Source: Tortispora ganteri
Taxonomy: Eukaryota
Length of the DNA stretch: 64,000 nt
Direction of reading: 5' to 3'
Assembly: GCA_003707115.1 (NCBI GenBank)
Contig: PPNB01000013.1
Coordinates: 124,001-188,000, forward strand
Part shown: one piece after another, positions 63,482 through 64,000 of the stretch
Numbering within the stretch: the first letter of the stretch is position 1
Layout of the letters: every line of letters begins with the position of its first letter
Notes under the pieces: model-generated
Told to the model about the DNA's origin: nothing
Database searches by the model: none
The model's input: the letters and a program-made list of their open reading frames with translations, nothing else
Made by a program: the position numbers and the translations under genes

Positions 63482-64000
63482 ATGGGTCTCTTTAGCAGCA
63501 TTCAACTTGTACTGGGGCTATTGTACATGCCAATAAGTCTGAAGATCAAGGAGTACAAAGGTCAATATGCCGATTTCGATCCCAGGATCAGAAAAGTACT
63601 ACTTCAGTTCGATTACCTACTCCAAACATTTTCTTTTGATCAGTCAGTAACAATTCTAAAAAGTCCATCAGCTGAAGAAATTCTTGACGGTATGAAGGAA
63701 AAAGCCGAAGGCTTGAACGGATATAACACAGCTCTGCCCATATCTGGAATCGAAGCTCGATGGATCTACGAAGCTCCAGATCGCAAAGCAGGAGACACAG
63801 TTTTAGTATGTCTTCATGGAGGCGGATATGCACTTGGTTATATGCAGGGACATGCAGAAGTTATGATCGCCTTGCATAAGGCATTGAATAACCCGCGCGT
63901 TTCTATGCTAACTCTGGACTACACCACATCGAACGTCAAGAAGTACCCTGCCCAACTAGTGGAGGCGGTTCAGCTATACAACTGGTTGATTTCGGAGGGC
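63482..64000 (+). CDS. HGGG-type alpha/beta hydrolase, Say1/Mug180-like (runs off window end)
   Basis: Hand translation from ATG 63482: MGLFSSIQLVLGLLYMP...WIYEAPDRKAGDTVLVCLHGGGYALG...LDY......YPAQLVEAVQLYNWLI. Not in the ORF track. Confidence 0.88.
   Translation, partial: MGLFSSIQLVLGLLYMPISLKIKEYKGQYADFDPRIRKVLLQFDYLLQTFSFDQSVTILKSPSAEEILDGMKEKAEGLNGYNTALPISGIEARWIYEAPDRKAGDTVLVCLHGGGYALGYMQGHAEVMIALHKALNNPRVSMLTLDYTTSNVKKYPAQLVEAVQLYNWLISEG

Overview
Gene-dense, intron-poor fungal genomic DNA. It is probably from an early-diverging budding yeast (Saccharomycotina); this is inferred from yeast-like orthologues plus NIPSNAP, PA-RING and Gemin2 genes, short GT..CTAAC..AG introns and tiny spacers. 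About 33 protein genes are supported. They include three missed by the ORF track (a partial PLP2, a spliced RPS27, a partial Say1-like hydrolase) and three that need splicing to assemble (FSH-type hydrolase, SIN3, SUB2). I found no tRNA, rRNA, CRISPR or intact transposon. Most interesting observations: (1) a 645-nt SIN3 intron splits the PAH1 domain and carries a full set of promoter motifs plus a stop-introducing alternative donor, suggesting switchable PAH1+/PAH1- Sin3 isoforms; (2) Rsm22 has an internally duplicated, degenerate methyltransferase domain; (3) SUB2 has a 715-nt, hairpin-rich intron; (4) an unusually divergent TOP1 sits head-to-head with a divergent polo kinase; (5) an LRRC58-like LRR/BC-box/Cys protein; (6) a 4.6-kb AT-rich, palindrome-rich gene desert (possible centromere, long homeobox promoter or ncRNA). 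All family calls are from motif recognition by eye; no database searches were run.
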